A stretch of 64,000 nucleotides of DNA from Paraphysomonas bandaiensis (GCA_965644295.1 CBFFRP010000327.1:34919-98918); one strand, 5' to 3'. Shown: positions 39,303 through 53,998, counted from the first letter of the stretch. Numbers and translations: made by a program. The notes: generated by a model not told the origin, from the letters alone.

Positions 39303-41590
39303 TTACAAACTCTTCAGCATCTTTTTACTGAAGCGAAGGCCGCGTTTCGGAATAATTTCAGCATACTTCATGTAAGATATAGTAATATAAGTCACAAGTA
39401 TCATAACAAAAATAGTGATTCCAGAAATAATCCAAAACGCGTTTCTAGATTCCTCCAATCCACTTTTCAAATTCATGCCCCTAAACACACGTCAAATATT
39501 GAAATTGATTGTAAAATATACTTACCATATAGACCCCACAAATCCGCCCATTGCAAATGTACACGACACAACAGTGATAGTTGTGTTAGTGACCAGAAGT
39601 TGATTCCTGGATGTGTCAAGTCTCAAGGACACCTGTCGATTATGTTATCAAATATTTGTGACTTTACATTCACTGACCATATCTTCGGAGCTTTCTAGCT
39701 TTGACCTAGATAACTTCAACCGACTCAACAAGGCGTTGTAATCCATCAGGTAGGAATCAAGCAAAGCCTACAGAGATGACTCATTCCAATTTCAAGCCAC
39801 TAAAATGTAGAGTACTTCACCTCTACTTCCTCGTGTGTCTCCAGAATCTCGGGTGAAAGAGGTGACCTGGACATAGTAGCAATAAGGAGAATTGCGTGCT
39901 CATCAAAATTTTCTTACTTGTACAACTGCGGTTTGGCTTTGAGAGCCGAAAGGTTCATTAGTGCCATCTCTTCGTCTTCTTCCATCAACTCTTCAATAAT
40001 CTGCTTATGAGCCTGTGCCCTCTCCAGCTGCTCCGACACCTCATACTTATACTGTCTAAACTTCTCTTGAATCTCCACTGGCACTATGCTGTACTTCCTG
40101 AGGATAGCAGAGATGCTGATAATACGATCGCGTAGTACACCCTCTTCCTGCTTCAAGATCTCAATCACAGTACCAAATATAGCCTCATATGCTTGCATTT
40201 CAAAGGAAAGTCTATCGACCTGCCCCGAAGACGTTGTTGTAGCGCTTTCTCCTTCCCACACCTACAGTCATATCTTCATCAGTCATTTCGGCACAAGTGT
40301 TGTCCTACCTTCATGTGTCTATAAAACGTCTCCAGCAGTCTATCTGCACCGTCTACATATATTGTTATATTTGCAATAACCAAGAAAAACGCCCACACCT
40401 GGCACGAATCCGACAACTCGATCAGCCATGACGATGGTCCGGAGTGGATCCAGTGATATGCACACTGCGTGTCGGCGAATTAGCACAGTCGGCTCCTCCT
40501 GTGGGGTATAGTGGTAATCAAGCCGACGCAGATCCCGAGAACGCAACCTCCCCACCGCCATGCCTTCATTTTGCACGGACTTTCCCGGCTTTTTCCTGTT
40601 TTGGTATAATTATCCGTTGAGCAGCACACATAGCATGTGTGCACGCACCTAGGAAGTACGTCCCTCACACTTTTATCAGTGATATCACCCTCATCTACAC
40701 CAGTTGTGATATCCAGTAGATGTAAAAAGAGATCCCGCAGACGAATGTGATAATTGCTGTATCGTCCAGCAAATATCTCATACATGAGAGGGTGGTGATC
40801 CGCGCCACCTGATCCCCGATCATGATCCCACAAGGTGTGCTGTGTGTGCAACGGAGCCTGTGCATGCTTCGGACTTTCCCGGGAAGTACTAGGAATAGAA
40901 ATAGATCCTGATTCGCTACCAGTTCCATCAGCCTCGGATATGCTACTCATCTTGCGCACTATACGCTCTGGTCGTTGGACTTCCAAGTTGTCGGCGTCTT
41001 TATCATCACTTCCCTGAAGAGTATTATCATAACGTCATAGATATAAAACATATATATGTTATTTACCAATGAAAGAGTAGAAGCTCGAATAGAGAGAGAT
41101 GCATTTAAAGCAGCCATATTTATATTTCTCATCGACTCCCCTCTGTCTAGACGTGCTTCTACAGGTGTATCCTTTATAGAGTTTGAAATACAAAGAAATA
41201 TCATGTTGAAACATACGTACATCATCACTTTCAATACCATCCATGAGTCTACATGAACGATAGTTATTCATATGATTATTATTACTATTCCTCATATGAG
41301 TAGTATGTTACCTATCTCCATCATTCTCTTCGTTAAAGGCATTACCATGATAGATATTCTGCATTAGAGCCGAGACTCTATAGAGAATATCTTAACAGGG
41401 GGTTAAAAAGATAGGTGATAATGATTACCTTGTTCCAAGAGAGGCAACTGATAAAGAAGGGGTGATATGTCTATATGACCAGATGATTACTGTTTCTATT
41501 ATAAGAACGTGTATATACATACCGAGAGACGTCATCTTCATGAGATTTATTCTCATTATTGATACCCATTTCATAATCATCTTTCTCCAT
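39303..41590 (-). CDS. MRS2/CorA-family magnesium transporter, multi-exon
   Basis: LRSRDLRRLD, LIRRHAV.ISLDPLR..VMADR, SFEMQAYEAI, LMEEDEEMALMNL, LDTSRNQLL, spliced GSIWGMNL (GMN motif) and a following TM helix. 5' exons and ATG 41590 are tentative. Confidence 0.88.
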
Positions 41591-41848
41591 ATCTTAATTT
41601 GTTTAATTCTATGGATATTAAGGGTCTATAAACATCATATATATGATGTAGTTAGTACTCTATAATAACAATATGAAATCTACATATCATCATCTTATTT
41701 AAATAGAAGCAATGAACTGACTGTTTGGACACTTCGACTTCTATTGAAGGATAGTCTATTCATCCAACTTCATATTATATTATTCATTTATATTATATAA
41801 CTTGATATCAATCATCAGCGTTAAAAATACCCTTAACTAATGTTCCTA

Positions 41849-41921
41849 GCTCTTGTAGCTCAGTGGTTAGAGCATTGGTCTTATGAGCCAAGGGTCGATG
41901 GTTCGAGCCCATCCTAGAGCA
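41849..41921 (+). tRNA. tRNA-Ile (anticodon UAU), intronless
   Basis: Cloverleaf: acceptor GCTCTTG/CTAGAGC, D arm GCTCAGTGGTTAGAGC, anticodon stem TTGGT-CT-TAT-GA-GCCAA, T arm GATGG-TTCGAGC-CCATC, discriminator A, downstream oligo-T Pol III terminator. Confidence 0.93.
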
Positions 41922-42258
41922 ATTCCTTTTTTTATCAAATCTATTTTTACATTTTTTACAAGAGTGTAAAATTGAAAAAATACCAAGTCTAGTATGATAT
42001 ACATACAATATAAGGACATTTTTTATTAAAAATAATATCACAAAAATGTCTGTTAACGAAAAAGTGAAGAAAACGTGAATAAAATATTGTGTCAAAAGAA
42101 CAGTATATAGAAAGCTCTCATGTTTCCTCGCTCATACATATACACAGCAGTATCTATATATCAAGAGGGTAAGATTACCATGGATTACCTAAAGAGACAG
42201 TAGATCCTACATAAGGACTTCATTCCTGTCTTATGTTTTAGTATCACTATATTGAATC

Positions 42259-45200
42259 ATGTCCAAGACAGTAGGGAATTATATCCTTATATCTAAATTA
42301 GGCTCAGGATCATATGCACATGTAAGTTATAGATAACTATGAGAATATATTCATATCTGATTGTTTTTTAAAGGTTTATAAAGCTATTCATAATAAAACT
42401 AATGTAGAATATGCCATTAAAGTGATTTCACGTGAGAAAATTGAATCTATTAAATTACAAGAAAATTTAAATAGTGAAATTACAATAATGAGAGATTATA
42501 ATCATATGAATATTATTCATTTATATGAATGTTTTGTAAGTTATATGAATTATTGTATTTAATGATATAATATGATTGTTTAGACATCTAATCGTCATAT
42601 ATATTTGGTCCTGGAGTATTGTGGAGGAGGTGACTTGCAAGGATATATCAGAAGCTACTCCAGGCTTGAGGAACGTGTGGTAAGAAGATTTTTAGTCCAG
42701 CTAGGTATGTGATGTTAATTTTATTGTGTGGCTGATCTCTCCTCCAGCGCAAGGCCTTAAGTTCTTACATCAAATGAATATAATCCACCGCGACATCAAG
42801 CCTCAGGTCAACCATAATAGCTCACCATTTCTTACTATAGTATGACATATGTGTATAGAATCTGCTGATGACAGACACTACACCCCAGGCAGTTTTAAAG
42901 TACGCTGATTTCGGTTTCGCCAAGAATCTTCAAGAGGCAGGTATGGCAGAAACTCTATGTGGGACGCCGCTTTATATGGTGAGTATAGTGAGCAATCCTA
43001 TGTTCTTAGCGCTAAAGCTATTTAAACAGGCTCCAGAGATATTTGAAATGAAGAAGTATGATGCCAAGGTACGGTTGGCTCTGTATGGGCAGAATACACG
43101 CTGATACTACACACCTTTAAATTCTTCTCATGCGCACGGTGTATGCAGGCTGATCTCTGGAGCGTCGGCTGTGTTTTATATGAAATGCTTGTTGGGTCAC
43201 CTCCATTCAAAGGACAAAATAAACGTGAATTATTTCTCAATATTAGATTAAAGAAGCTGCACATCCCAAGTGATATTTCTGTGTCGCCGGACATGTTGAA
43301 GCTGTTGCAGCGAGTAAGTTCTGTGCTGTAAATTGTACATCTCTTACATCTAGCATAGCTTCTTGAGATCAACCCCAGAAAACGAATTTCTCTTGAAGTA
43401 TTCTGCGAGATTGCTGACCAGATGTTTGCTGAAGTGGCTCCAGAAGGGGATCCTATGCATGCGTCGCAGAGGACCGAAGTCGGTGCCGTATCTTCTTCTG
43501 CTCTTCCTTCCACTCCCACCCCAACTCCAATTGGAAGGGGTTCCCCGCAACCTGATTTATCTGCTGGTGGGGACGTTATATCAGAGAGTCAATCTCGCGT
43601 GCCCCCACCACCACTAATCACATGTGATACCTCCCCTACTTCTACCACTACCACTGGTGCACCTATCAGACGAGTGCGCAGCCGGGAGCAAATTGGTAGC
43701 AACTCTCCGTCATCTCTATACCCACACTTGCTGTCATCTTCTCCGACAGGACATCAGCCAGGAAGTGGAAGTAACATGCAGACCTCCTCCAGTCCGCGTC
43801 CCTCAGGCATGACACCTGCTACCACCACTATGGTGATGGCCCTTGCTACGGGAGGAAACCAGCAGAGTCCTCAGGGACACTGTCCATCAAGTGGAGTACA
43901 AGGGTCTCATAGACGTACAGGAAGCGGGGGGAGACAAAGGGATGATGAGATGCACACAGTTACACCCTCCATGTCCCCTGCGTCTACCAACAAGCACGAG
44001 CGGCGACATTCTACAAACGATGCTGGAGCAGTTGCGAAAGCTCTTTCAATTACTCCACAGGAGCAGCAGAACGACAGTAAACCAGAGCCCCTATCACGGG
44101 CCTGGGAGTTGTCAGAACGGAACAGTAAAACATATTCTCCAGTTCAGACTGTATCTCATGGGCACGGTGCGATAACTCTTGGCCTTTCAGGACCTATATC
44201 GTGTCAATCCCAGGATACTAGCCCTGTACCTGCCACTTCTCTCGGGAGAGGAGAGAGAGAAGGAAACACAGGAGAAGATGGGATTGAAGAAGAGGGCGCA
44301 GGTACCGAAGGAGACTCGGATGATTTTGTGTTGGTAGAGCAGTCTCCCAGCCACCCATGGAAGGTTATTGATGCAGATAGCAGCAGTACACCCAAACCTG
44401 CCTGGCGTGGTACTGTAGGAGACAAGCCGTCTTCATCCAGTCCAAATACAAGTGTAGGTGGTGGTGTGGGGAGTCCATCCGCACACTGGTACGGGGCTGG
44501 AGGCCCGAACAACACTAGCGGCATAGCGACTGGGAATGGAAGCGAAAATAATGACCTCATGCATTTATCTGCAGTGGTACACCAGTGCTCATATGTTATT
44601 ACGATCGTGATGGCCATTACATCAGCTGCGGATGAAATGACACGAGATGCTATGGCTCACCGTGTTAAAAGAGAACACCGGCGCTTTGGAAGCAAGCATA
44701 CCACCACTGGCAGAGATGATGACAGTAGCAGCATCGGGTCTGGATCAAGTATAGGGACGTCTAGTAGACATCGCCTCGGGTCAGATGATGCGACCCATTT
44801 CTCTGAGTTACTTGCAGCACCGTTCTCGCTGTATCTACACGCTCTCGGGTTTGTACAGGATACACTCAAGAGGACTGCCGCTATTCGTCAGTTCATTCCT
44901 CCTCAGTCATCTTTCCGTCCACAGATCGATACCCTCTTCGAGGTTAATTCGTACGTTGTGTACTAAACCCTGCGTTAATTATGTGGCAGGGATTAACGAA
45001 GCGATTTGACCAGCTTTTGCATCGCGCCGAGAGCTGCCGTAAGTTTATTAATCCAGATGATGGTGTGCCGGTGCCAGAGCCTCTGATTTATGAGGCTGCC
45101 CTCCGCCTCGGGCTAGAGGCATCTGTTGAAGAGCTGCTTGGAAATCTCACCACGTAATACCGCCAGCTACTTTTGTAATAAATATGACGATTATGTGGTT

Positions 45201-45446
45201 TGATACAGGGCATGTGAGCGGTATAACACTGCACAACTTCTGATTGAGTGCGTTTTAATGACAGCCAGTGATCCGTCTGATCGTAGAGTTTTACAAGGTT
45301 TTGCACAGATGTTTTCTGACCAGTACAGCCAGTGTGAGAAGTCAAAAATTGCTCTTTCTAATGACTCAGGGCAAAAGGCACATTCTCCAGGGTCAGCGTC
45401 CTCAGTTGAGTCTAGCATGTCACGTCATCGGACATCGTCCTTATGA
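42259..45446 (+). CDS. ATG1: ATG1/ULK-family Ser/Thr kinase, multi-exon
   Basis: [67 protein letters not shown]; long S/P-rich linker with DDFVLV (LIR-like); C-terminal MIT-like YEAALRLG...EELLGN. Confidence 0.88.
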
Positions 45447-46183
45447 TGAGTTTATTTGAAGCATATTTTCTTCATACGCGCTAGCATTATTCTGTCAGTT
45501 TTGATTTGTAGTGCACACTTTCAAATTCTCCATTTACAAATGTATGTTTTAGTGTGAATTGTTGTGCAATTTTACTTAGCGAGTCCTTCACAGATAATAC
45601 TGTCGAAGTTAGAAGTTATATTTTGTAAAATTTTGCTAATCATTACCGAAGCTTGTATAATATATTCTTTCAGCAAGTTACTGTAGAAACATTTGTGATT
45701 GAAGTTGTATTCTGGTTGACATTGCTATGTACACACATAGTTGCATTAGTGCTTGTGGGTGCACATAGTAATCGCACAATTGAATTAAACTACATTAAAC
45801 TGTTAGTTACAAAATTTGACAAAGAAGTCAGCTAATTAGACTTAAAAGCGCGACAGTTAGAACGAACTGACTTCTTTCAAAGTGATACTTATTCATACCC
45901 TCAATAAGTCGGACTCGCACTTTTTTGTGGTGTTCCAGGGAATAAGTACCGGAGATATTTTTCCGGCCGCATATATAGTCAGCAAGTATTGTTCTGCCCA
46001 CTCATATAGCAAAATGCTTGTGTGATACAAGGGACACTAATATAAGCGTCACTTGTGTAGTTGACGTCTTTGGGCCTTGAATAAACAGTAAACGGACATC
46101 TGGGAATGGGCCCACCTCAAACGAATCCGGAGTTTTGGACTGCCTACTGAAGTCAGGCATCCGGGCTAGTTCACCTTAAGGAC

Positions 46184-46341
46184 AGAGAGCAAAAGTGGTT
46201 GCACCTTGGTGCTTGCGGTGACGCACAAGCAGTTTTTTAGCGCAAGTAGGATATCAGATTTAAGCACTGGCGAATTAAATTGTTTTGGCACATTAATTCT
46301 GACTCTTTCACGCCTATTGCTAATAATCAGACATTCACTAC
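46184..46341 (+). repeat. Structured dispersed repeat copy
   Basis: GAGCAAAAGTGGTTGCACCTTGGTGCTTGCGGTGACGCACAAGCAG...CCTATTGCTAATAATCAGACATTCACTAC. Confidence 0.85.
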
Positions 46342-46752
46342 TTATTCATATTTTTGACCGACTAACTAATGATAAAAGTACAAAGAATACACAATATGGA
46401 TAGCTTGATAGTGAAGTTTGAAGCACGAATTGTTTTAGGGTATGTAGTACAGACGTTTGGTATTGATGTGGCAAACACAAGATCGTTATAAAAACAATAC
46501 ACTATGGTGATACTAGCTGAAACTTCGGAGTCATACTTTTTTCTCCTGATCACTAAAAATTAACTATCATTATTGAATCGAGAGAGATCAACTAAATACT
46601 ATAGCTAAAGTTTTTAAAAGTATAATTGATTGCGATTGAAGAATATAGTAGTTAAGGCTAAAGCTATAATATATTATGAACGGAAATGTAAGGACTTTAC
46701 AAGGTTATGGATGTCTACAATTGTGAGTGTTTGCTTGTGTTGTCTGTAGCAA

Positions 46753-46862
46753 GTTAGCTAACTAGTGCTTAACTCTGATATCCTACTAGAGCCACGGAAG
46801 CTGCTTGTGCATCACCGTAAGCACCAAGGTGCAACTAATTTAGCTCTATCGCTCAAGGCAAG
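46753..46862 (-). repeat. Structured dispersed repeat copy (5' two-thirds)
   Basis: Reverse complement reads TAGAGC...GTTGCACCTTGGTGCTTACGGTGATGCACAAGCAGCTTCCGTGGCTCTAGTAGGATATCAGAGTTAAGCACTAG. Confidence 0.82.
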
Positions 46863-47517
46863 CAGACTGTAGCTTACAAAGTTTACATAATATACTTCAA
46901 GCATCTAAATGTCAATTCCTAACAGAGTGTAAACTATTACATTTTATTTCATCATCATACACTTTTGGTAATTTTATTAGCTTCAATCCGAGACGAAAAC
47001 TAGATATGTTTTATACTTTCGTTTAACAGTATATGACAGTAAAACTAAACTTAAGTAACTGAACTTGAAATGACAACACACTGCTAACTAATTAAGCTTG
47101 TGATAAGCATCTCTCATCATACGTTGTCATTGACTTAATCTATGTTACAATAGCCAATCAATATTATTTGTACACATGATATCGAATGTTGAGGCCATCA
47201 AGTTTCCATAGTATTCGTAATCGGCTATATATTACATAACGAAACGTTATATATTAGAGGAAAGTCAAAAAACAACACAGCAAAAATGTAATCAAGTACA
47301 AGCATGGCATACACACTAAATATAAACATGGTAGTGTATATTGGCAATAGAAATTATAAAAATACAGCACAAAGCGATAAAAGAACACATTCATTCTCAC
47401 AATTGAAGAAAAATGTGCATACTACTGCTACTTTGGCATGCTTCAAGCAGCGATTAGAATAATCCATACATCAATATTCCGAACTATATACAACATACGC
47501 CAATGGGTTTGTTGGGT

Positions 47518-48987
47518 TCACGCAGTTTCATTTCGAGGTGCATTTGCCATTCGTTTCAGTCGGATTCTGTTCCTGGCATCATCATACTCCGAAAAATCTT
47601 TGGTGATCGTCGATGTATTGACTTGTTTCTTTGTGTCCTTCATATGCAGCTTGCGGAACTTTGAGTGTCGCCGGTAGGTGTCCTTTATATGAACAGCAAG
47701 GCTTCTTCTCTCCTGCAACTTTGCTGCTTTCGCACTAAAACGTGATTACAACTTGATAGAGTGCACAAATGTAATACTTACGCTGCTGAGATCTCAGCAA
47801 TATGAGCAATTACTCTATTCGCAGCTCTGACCATATCAATAGCCCATATCCACCTCCATCTCGCCTCCGAAAAACAGTTCGGGTTAGCAGAGTTGATGGT
47901 GGCATATACTGCTGGGCCGCGAACATTTTTGAGACCATCTACAAGGTTTTCTGCCTCTTCGATCATGGCTTCGGATTTTGTTATCATGTCTTCCACACCA
48001 CTCACCGCGGCAACTCGTTCAATTGCCTCCTTGGCTGTCATATCCATGCTGCATTCACATCGAGTAAATATCAGAAAAGGCAACAAATACGAACTTACTT
48101 GGCACAAGGTATGTCGGCGAGTTGATTATCCAGCACGGGGATGAGTAATGCTGGTTTCTTTATTTGCATATCAACCCGTGCCAGGGATTTCGCTACCGTA
48201 AACAACACAATTAACTGAGTAGGATCTCACCCAAAATTCCGATCTTACCATCATAACGGCAAAGCTGTAACTTGCGATCAGAGTTATCCCCAACGATGCA
48301 GTCCAAGTTCGACATAACGTAGTCTACAGCGCAACTCATTACAGCACGATCCATTAGGTCCCTCCGCCTGGATCGAATTAGTTGAAGCTCAGCTGACTCT
48401 CTTACGACTTCAAACACACTCTCGGTAGGAACATAGAGCCGTTCCTGTGCGGTCTCTTTAGCGGAAAAGTTCGCCACGACTTCAAACAATGCAAGCGATT
48501 GATGATGGTATATAGAGACCAGAGCTGCGCACCGTACGCGCCAAAATAACTTATTCGAACTCATAAGCATCGTAACATCATCATCAGCTGAGTGAGAATT
48601 GATATTTCGAATTTTATTCACAAAGCTAGAACCCGTTGTACGATTCTGAGTATCCTCAACACGACCATCAAAGCTTCGTGATCTCATTCTTTGTAAATTT
48701 CTTTTACTTTTAGGTGTTTCATTTGATTCTGTATTATCACTTGAATCAGCTGTAAGATCAATACTTTTAGATCGAAGACGATGAAGTTTCCTGACTGATT
48801 GTTCTGTTTTAATAGGTGGAAGTGATGTTGTTTGTGTATGGTTATTATTAGATAGTAATGATGTTCTTCGAGATCGATTCTTTGTGCTTGTTTTATTTGC
48901 AGGACTTATAGAAGGAGATGTAGTAGAGACATCGCGGTTATGAGTGTCTAGCCACAGGCCACGTGAGTCTGAACCTTTGCTAAACAT
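47518..48987 (-). CDS. Hypothetical protein, multi-exon
   Basis: ATG at 48987 (MFSKGSDSRG); S/R-rich N-terminus followed by globular exons with GT-AG junctions; no family recognised. Confidence 0.65.
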
Positions 48988-49058
48988 GTGTGTGTATAGA
49001 TAAGAAATATAAGTGTTTTGTGGATTGTGTTCAATTAATAGACTTGATTGTAATGGAA

Positions 49059-49061
<3 letters not shown>

Positions 49062-49091
<30 letters not shown>

Positions 49092-49705
49092 TGTATGTAT
49101 GTATGTATGTATGTATGTATGTATGTATGTATGTATGTATGTATGTATGTATGTATGTATGTATGTATGTATGTATGTATGTATGTATGTATGTATGTAT
49201 GTATGTATGTATGTATGTATGTATGTATGTATGTATGTATGTATGTATGTATGTATGTATGTATGTATGTATGTATGTATGTATGTATGTATGTATGTAT
49301 GTATGTATGTATGTATGTATGTATGTATGTATGTATGTATGTATGTATGTATGTATGTATGTATGTATGTATGTATGTATGTATGTATGTATGTATGTAT
49401 GTATGTATGTATGTATGTATGTATGTATGTATGTATGTATGTATGTATGTATGTATGTATGTATGTATGTATGTATGTATGTATGTATGTATGTATGTAT
49501 GTATGTATGTATGTATGTATGTATGTATGTATGTATGTATGTATGTATGTATGTATGTATGTATGTATGTATGTATGTATGTATGTATGTATGTATGTAT
49601 GTATGTATGTATGTATGTATGTATGTATGTATGTATGTATGTATGTATGTATGTATGTATGTATGTATGTATGTATGTATGTATGTATGTATGTATGTAT
49701 GTATG
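49062..49705. repeat. Perfect (TATG)n array, 161 units (same motif as 4396-4861, opposite strand)
   Basis: Directly visible; lies between the divergent genes starting at 48987 (-) and 49984 (+). Confidence 0.99.
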
Positions 49706-49983
49706 CACTCTATATGCACCAGTACATATCTTGTATACTACTTCTCTATTTTTCCGATTTTCAGTCCGATTCCAGATTTTATACAGTTTTCCAATAATAA
49801 TTATCAAGTTTTTTATTCAATTCTCTGATTTCACGTTGCAATCAAGTAAAGATGGATGGATTAGCATCTAGATAACTCTCTCATGTACATGCTTCATTCC
49901 ATTCCACTGTACATTCCATTCTAATCAGATCTCATATCAATCTTATATTCATTTATTCATAACTATAAACTAATCTCTACATT

Positions 49984-52840
49984 ATGGGAGAAAAAGTTAA
50001 ACGTATTGTAGCTGATTCAGCATTTGTTGAACCTGAAGTAGAGGAACCTACTTTTAAAGAATGGTTACAAGCCAAACTAGATAGTATATTTATTAATAAT
50101 ATTCCATTAGATTCTGTCAAAGAACTTCCAACATTATACATGTATGCATTTGGTTTATTAGCATATATGATGTCTGTATCATGTTTTGTATATTTTATAT
50201 ATACGGGGTATCAAGAAGAACGTACAAAAGCATTTATTGCACTTGATCCGAGTGATGGTGTATGTGATAAAGTTCCAAAATCAGTTAATGGTCAGTTTTA
50301 TGGGGACTTTTCAGGAAAATGGGAGGGAACGGATGGATTTCAGTACTCAAATTCGCTCTATGTTTTGAATCTCAACAACTTCAGACACTCTGTTAGTGAC
50401 TACAGACACATGATGGATGCTGTCGGAGATAGTCTAGATGTATTAGGTACTGCAGCGTTTGACTTTGATTTAGCTGAAAACTTGGCATATTGGATGGCAT
50501 GGGAAGTACAGCTTCCTGGCGCTGATACTGTCAATACATTTCGCATGACAGGACAACCGGAGGTAATATTCCACCGCGAGTACGTGTTTGGAGTGTTCGC
50601 TAGTGTAGGGGGGGAGTGTTTGACTTCAAGAACCACAGAGTACGACAAGGCCAATGCTGTCCTTAAAGTCACTTACGATGAGCCGAGTTTAGCTGCTGAT
50701 GACGTTTGCGCAGCTACAGTGAAACCTGAGAATATGGGCTGGATACGTGAGTATGACTTCAACGAATTTAAGCTTGAAATAGACGTACGCTCTCTTGTGA
50801 TAGCATTTGCAGTAAGTTTTCCTGTTTTGTTTTTACTCCGTAGCTTACCTGTGCTTATTTTTTTTAGGTTAACAATCACATTCTTGACTATAACAGTCTG
50901 GAGGAAGTAACCGGAACCGGGCGAACGATAGACTTCAACGGCACTACTATCAAGACGACTGAAATGTTTTTCAACCGTTACCCTGGACACAAAACTATAG
51001 AATGTTCAACTGTTGACAATAAGGTGGTGTGTGGAATGTTATTTGGAGACACATTCGCACTCCCTATTTTCAATCACTATGGAGCCAGTTTCGATTATCC
51101 CCTGAGCTGCAATTGGTTCGTACTCTGTAATATATACAACCCGTATTGTGTAACTTAGATGAAATGCAGCTCACTTGGATTTGGAACAGAGCTATACTGT
51201 AATGTCTTTGACTTTATGGTTGGTGTGATATTTTACAATATCAACGATACATATACGAGCCCCGACAATAAGATACATCCCAATGCGTGGGCGACAATGA
51301 ATCTCGCATATCGTTATAGTGATCCAAAAGAGCTCAATCGCAGAGCGTTTAACGCCTCCTACGCGGCGACAATGTATGGCGAGTACACGGATCCAAAGTG
51401 GCGTGAAACTGCGTACGAATTCTGTTACTCTGAAGAATTCAATACATCCTGCTCAATACTGCTATTCAACGCTTACGACGACGTATCCTTCACTGCTTCT
51501 GAATTCTATTACCAGGTCAAGCTAGGTGCCTGCAACGACTCTTTTACCGTGGGAACCTGGTGAGTGTTATGCGTTTTTCACGACGTACTTGACTCTCGCA
51601 GGAACTTGCTTCAGCGCACCCCCCCGACTGACCTTGTCCAAGACTACTACGAGTGTATTGTATCGGTATGTACTTCTTGCATGCGGTTCACTTGTTCATG
51701 ATACTTCTCTACTTTACAGTGGTATGTTGCCATATTTAATAGCACCGGGATAGCAGCCGGAAATGCGGCCACTTTCGTTCCTTTTCTAATGCTGGCATTG
51801 CTGCCGCTGTTGTACGTATATCTCCAGGTATAAGCGAAATATTGGTTCAACTATAAGTGTTTACAATTTGACTTTTAGGCAAGTGGAAAACTTCCTCCCA
51901 AGGTATGGGTTCTTTATTTTTATTACTTTACTTACGTTGCCGTGCTTTTATGGAAGGACGAGTACACTGAACTTGAGGTGTGTGTATGTTGTTTGATTTA
52001 TTTTGCCTTGTCGTGACTCACGTGGTTTGTTTTCAGCTCACTGCGGCGTCTAATGCCCTCGCATTGACAATATTGAGGGTACTGTGTCTTATGCCCCTTG
52101 TATAATTGCTTATCTATTTATCACTTAGATACGAGATGGGAAGGTCCGTGGCATTGAGCAACAAGGACTTCTGAAGAAACTTGTTAAAGGTCTATTTTTC
52201 AGAGTAGTACTTGATGCGTCTGATACCTGTGTACGCTTCAGAACTTATTCATGCTGCAAAGTCTGAGGGTGGGTATCCCGATTCTGACGACGACTCAGGT
52301 ATGTGTGTATTTTGTTTAGGGCCCGTAGACTAGCTTAGCCTTTGCGCATAGATGATGAGTCTGAGGGTACTACGAGCAAGGAAGTAAATGACGCAAAAGT
52401 TGTTCCCAAGGGTCGGTACCGCTCTAGCATATTTATTCGGTGGGATCTTACATATCACTGAGAAGGCGCAAGTTATATTTATTGATAGGAAAAAGGAGGA
52501 GCCGGAAGTGAAGGCTGAAGTTCAATCGCCGTTGAGAGGAATATTTGGCGGCGTGGATGGTAAAGTTGTGCATCAGTCTTTGAAGTGTCCTAATTACGAT
52601 GTATACATGTATAATATAGACCCCGAACAGTTACAGTCTACGAATGGTACCAACCGAAGATATGGAGCAGCAGAGAGAAAGTCTGCTATTAGAAGTGGAG
52701 GTAATATATATTTTACGTTCTTCTGTATAAATTTTATTGTTTTAGAGCTTGTTGTATTGAACGACTTCGAACCCATATCTAGAAGACGGAGCTTTGGTCG
52801 GGCTAGTATAAAATCTACTATTCATACAGAAGAGGAGTAA
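49984..52840 (+). CDS. Hypothetical two-TM membrane protein with large Cys-containing ectodomain, many small 3' exons
   Basis: TM near the N-terminus (YAFGLLAYMMSVSCFVYFIY), long exons to about 51560, second hydrophobic segment (GIAAGNAATFVPFLMLALLPLLYVYL), acidic tail; stop TAA 52838-52840. Confidence 0.7.
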
Positions 52841-53998
52841 GCATTAATGATTTATCTCTAGTGTACTAGTATAACCATGTACCTCTCCTCGCAGAGCCTT
52901 AGATCTTGTCAACGTTTTGAAGATGTAATGCGTTTGGCTTTTTCATTCATCGTGTAATTGCTGTGCGCAGGCATATGCAGAAAGCTCTTGACGTTAAAGA
53001 TCTTGACGGAGGAGGTGCAGTGTTTCGAACGGCACAAAATAAATCTGCAGATCTGAAACTTGTCAGTACAAGTATTTTTGATATATGCATTACTCATTTA
53101 TATATAGATTAATATGCGTGCTCTTGTGTCGAGCTCAGACGAAATGGGAAAGTACTTATTTATGCAGACGCTTAATCTGATTGCTATGCACGCATGGTAT
53201 GGGGTTTATATCCATAGTTTATGATTGGGTTGATATTGATTTGTTTATAAGTCTGGCGCTTTCCTGCACAATGCCAGATGTGTCACGGCTTCACTCTGAT
53301 CGTGTTGCGTATGACATCGGTGGGAGGTACGCATTGATATGACCCATTTGCTTCATGCTAACATACTTGTTCAGAGTATACTTGGCTTCTGAAATTCAAC
53401 AAATAGCAGATGGTAGTTCTTTTAGAAATAGTATCCTCTGTTTATATAAATAATTGTTTGCAGGAGGCGCGAATCCTTTGATTATTGGTGTAGAGGCGAC
53501 ATCCCTCAAGAATAAACTGTTCTCGTTTTAGTATTTAATTCTCCAAAAGCTATATTGACCTAATTTCTCGTCTGAAGACAATCAGTATTCTGTGTTTCTG
53601 ATTACCACCATTGATAATATTGTGGTAGTGTTCCCTGAGACACACTTCATTGTAGAGTATAATAATGACAAAGTCGTTATCTGATTGACGTACGTTTTCA
53701 TCGTTTGTGGTATCATTTTGCTGTCGTAGAGTTGCTCTTACAGCTACTGCAATTGGACACCTGACAGAGATATTACCAGAACATAATATGTATTCATAAT
53801 ATTTTCCAAAATTCACAGCTGTTCTGGATCCCTCGCAACAATCTTTATGTTCTCGACAAATATATGGTATGAATCTCACTAGGAAGTCTTTTAAATATTA
53901 ATGCATATTGCTCAGGCTACATTAACTGATTAAATAGGAATTGTACTTAATTGACATATTCACAATGCGCACTGGTAATTTGGTTTATTCTGACAACC

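Noticed and set aside
48990-49871. ORFs encoding (MYVC)n and (HTYI)n
   Set aside because: Artefacts of the (TATG)n array; the real gene on the minus strand starts near 48987.
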